A stretch of DNA of 64,000 nucleotides from Candidatus Bathyarchaeota archaeon. GTDB taxonomy: Archaea; Thermoproteota; Bathyarchaeia; Bathyarchaeales; Bathycorpusculaceae. Both the position numbers and the translations under genes were made by a program. How positions within the stretch are numbered: position 1 is the stretch's first letter; the number at the start of each line of letters is the position of its first letter. The notes beneath the pieces were generated by a model that did no database searches, was not told where the DNA came from, and saw only the letters and a program-made list of their open reading frames with translations. This document shows positions 61,441-64,000 of this stretch, one piece after another. Location of the stretch: contig CAWAUU010000033.1 in the NCBI GenBank assembly GCA_963785215.1, forward strand, positions 40,334-104,333, written 5' to 3'.

Positions 61441-62187
61441 TTACGAACGTGAGACCGCTTTTAAAGTGTAAGTCAGGTAGCTTTCAATTTCAGTCCAAGA
61501 GAGTTTAGATTTTCCTCGTTTTCGGTTAACAAACAGAATAGGGGTTTCTTTTACGTTAAAATTCCTCAAAAGAGCTTGCCTTATGGTTTCTATTTGAATC
61601 TCATAAGTATGACTGTGCAAGTTGCCAATGGTTGCTCTTAGAAACTTTGTGGAGTAGCAGCGAAAGCCGCTGGTGCAGTCATGAGGTTTTAAGCCAAGGG
61701 ATAACTTGGCGATGAAGTTAGCAATTCGACTAATTACTTTTCTGGTGAAAGGCCAACCGCTTATGTTGCCTCCTTTGCAGTATCTGCTGCCGATTACTAT
61801 TCCGTAATCAGCCTTATACATGCTCGATATGAGTTGTGGGATAGCTTTAGGGTTGTGGGAGTAGTCAGCATCCATTGTAACAATATATTTTGGTGCTTGT
61901 TTTGAGGATAAAAAAAATTTGAACCCGTCGGTTATTGCTGTGCCTAATCCGCTTTTTTTAGGTCTAACATATAAAAGAATATTACTGTATTTGTTCTGTT
62001 TTTCTTGCACGATTTTTGCGGTTTCATCTGGGCTTGAATCATCGATGACAAGTATTGAAGCGTTTAATTTTAAATCTTCAATGTCTTCAATTAAGTTAGA
62101 AATATTGTCTGCTTCTCGATAAGTGGGAAGAATTATCCCAATTTCGGAGCTGACTACATTATTATTTCCAATTAATTGATAATTCAT
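61441..62187 (-). CDS. Polyprenol-monophosphomannose synthase-like GT2
   Basis: ILPTYRE, IDDSSPDET, GLGTA, MDADYSH, GSRY, DCTSGFR, RGKSKL. Confidence 0.9.
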   Translation of the reverse strand: MNYQLIGNNNVVSSEIGIILPTYREADNISNLIEDIEDLKLNASILVIDDSSPDETAKIVQEKQNKYSNILLYVRPKKSGLGTAITDGFKFFLSSKQAPKYIVTMDADYSHNPKAIPQLISSMYKADYGIVIGSRYCKGGNISGWPFTRKVISRIANFIAKLSLGLKPHDCTSGFRCYSTKFLRATIGNLHSHTYEIQIETIRQALLRNFNVKETPILFVNRKRGKSKLSWTEIESYLTYTLKAVSRS

Positions 62188-62244
62188 GGGACTCTAACCT
62201 ATTTTACTATAGTGACCTAATAAATCTTAGCTAATAAAACCGTT

Positions 62245-63273
62245 TCAGGCAAGCTTTTGTTTTCGCTTATAATAGGCAAGCGGATGATAAATTCGGCGGC
62301 ACAAATCATCTTTGTTTTTGCATACGCCATGCGTTTGCAACACTGAGCATTGAGGGCAAGTGTAGCGAGTTGCAGAGCCTCTTTCTCCAGCGATATGCTC
62401 GATTTGATAAAGTGTTAACCTTTCATTGTAGTCTGAAAAAGTCTTGAACAACTCATTAAGAGCTTCAGGTGACATTCCTATGTTGACAAGAAAAGAAGTT
62501 AAGTGTGAATCTGCCAATGTGCGAAAGATGATGACTTTTTGAGGCATCTTCATAAAGCATGTTTATGCATGGCGGAAAAGCTGCTTGAACAACAATCTTA
62601 GGCATTTCCTCAATTTCTTGTCCCATTATCTCTTGAGCTAATTTTGTTAGATTATTAGCGATAATAGTAATATCTTCAGGCAGGTTTTTGAGGTCTGGAA
62701 TATCGAGCCTTTTTTCTATTCTCCGTTTAACTTCCTCTTGAAGAAGACGAGCTACCCTATCTTTGTTTAAATAAACCATACCCTTGTCTATAATCTGATT
62801 AACAAGTTTCCATTCATATCCATGTAAATGAGCGGCATTTTTTAAGTAAACGGTAAACCCTATACGAAAATCTATTGTAAGGTTTTCCATCGCTAATCGT
62901 CCAATCAAAATCTTGGGCTATTTTTAGGATTTTTTCATTACGGTTCTCTTGAAGCTAAATCTCTGGATGCTTGTTTTGCCTCAGCCAAGGCGTATCTTTT
63001 CTTAATAAAAGAATTTTCTGTTGCAATAACAATTAACGAGTGCAACTGGAAAAGAGAGGAATTTCAAGGTCTATTTTTTTCAAGTTTCTGGTGATCCACC
63101 TGTTTATTATTGCTTCGTTAACCCTTTCTTCAGCTCGCTTCAGAAGCTTGAGTCTCATGACCCATGCTTGTTAAATCGTCTATTTGCAGGTTTAAGGGTT
63201 TGATGTATTCGGCGGTTTCTTTTAAAAAGGGATATTTTGCTAAATCGTTCTTGGTGAATCCTGCCGATTCCAT
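62245..63273 (-). CDS. priL: DNA primase large subunit (several frameshifts)
   Basis: DLAKYPFL start, RYALAEAK, WKLVN, FPPCI, HLSHIGRF, YQIEHIAG, YTCPQC...C...C...HPL. Confidence 0.9.
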
Positions 63274-63290
63274 TTGCAATTTAAGTCACG

Positions 63291-64000
63291 TTATTCTGTT
63301 TCGATTCTTGGTGCCAAGAAGAAGGTCAATTTTCCCTCTTTTGTTTGTTGCTGGAAGTCTATTTTCACAGGCATATCGGTTGAGAATTCAAGCGTCGCTA
63401 TGTCGGATGTGGCTGACGCCGCTTTTATTATTTCAGATAAGTAGCTTAGGCTAAATGTTGCTTTGGCGTTTTCTTTTACTTCCAAATCAAGCAATGCATC
63501 GCTGCCTTTCTGGAGAGTTATGGTTGCACCCATTAAATCTCCTGAAGCACTCAGGGTTAGTTTTTCTGGTTCAGCTTCAATTCGCACGTGGTCGCTTACC
63601 AGTTGCGCGTCTTCGATTGCTTGGCTTAAGCCTTGAGTTGTGGTTTTAGCTTTTACGTTGAAGGTTATTTTTGGAGTGGGAACTTCTTCTTCTGAGGCTT
63701 CAAGGGTGGGCATTGTGAAGTTTCGGCTGTATTTTCCAGTTATTGTTATTTGTAATCGTCCAGTTTTGTCATCTAGGGATAACTCAACTGCCTCGTCTCT
63801 TCCAGCACGTTTTAGGAGTTTTAATAGTTCACTTATGTTAATGCATATTTTGGCTGGCTCTGTTGAGATGTACTCTTGAAAAATGGATTTTGGCCATTCA
63901 AAATCAATCATGGCAACGCGTGATGGGTCCATGGCGCGAAGTTTTAAGCCTTCAGGGTCGATTTTGAATGTTGCTTCATCTACAAGGATTGAGATGGCTG
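63291..64000 (-). CDS. pcn: PCNA sliding clamp (5' end outside the window)
   Basis: LVDEATF...RAMDPSRVAMID...FSLSYL...DMPVKI...FFLAPRIE. Confidence 0.97.
   Translation of the reverse strand, partial: AISILVDEATFKIDPEGLKLRAMDPSRVAMIDFEWPKSIFQEYISTEPAKICINISELLKLLKRAGRDEAVELSLDDKTGRLQITITGKYSRNFTMPTLEASEEEVPTPKITFNVKAKTTTQGLSQAIEDAQLVSDHVRIEAEPEKLTLSASGDLMGATITLQKGSDALLDLEVKENAKATFSLSYLSEIIKAASATSDIATLEFSTDMPVKIDFQQQTKEGKLTFFLAPRIETE

Noticed and set aside
1-64000. CRISPR array, rRNA, IS transposase, inteins, and the many short antisense ORFs
   Set aside because: No regularly spaced repeats or matching signatures were seen; the antisense ORFs shadow well-supported genes.

Overview
Archaeal chromosomal segment, most consistent with Bathyarchaeia. 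This is inferred from rpS26e, class I LysRS, Fae-Hps, CofD, a thaumarchaeosortase-like protein and TACK-type gene order. Most of the window is housekeeping: thermosome, Rpo6, Rpo7, Spt4, SerRS, LysRS, many r-proteins, aIF2-gamma and a replication cluster (GINS23-MCM; PCNA-PriL-PriS-GINS51). There are three tRNAs: Arg-GCG, Glu-TTC and an intron-containing Ser-CGA. Many essential genes carry single-base frameshifts, which I read as uncorrected long-read indel errors; several apparent fusions are artefacts of these. The best candidates for new biology are: (1) a Fis-like HTH fused in frame to Fae-Hps, with an inverted repeat bracketing its own TATA box and start codon, suggesting a self-regulating formaldehyde enzyme; (2) a ~2.4-kb integrase-less element at tRNA-Ser, bounded by 46-bp direct repeats and encoding a Zn-binding HEPN-motif protein plus three micro-genes; (3) an internally deleted aIF2-alpha. 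No CRISPR array or rRNA was seen. All product calls come from motif recognition; no database searches were run.
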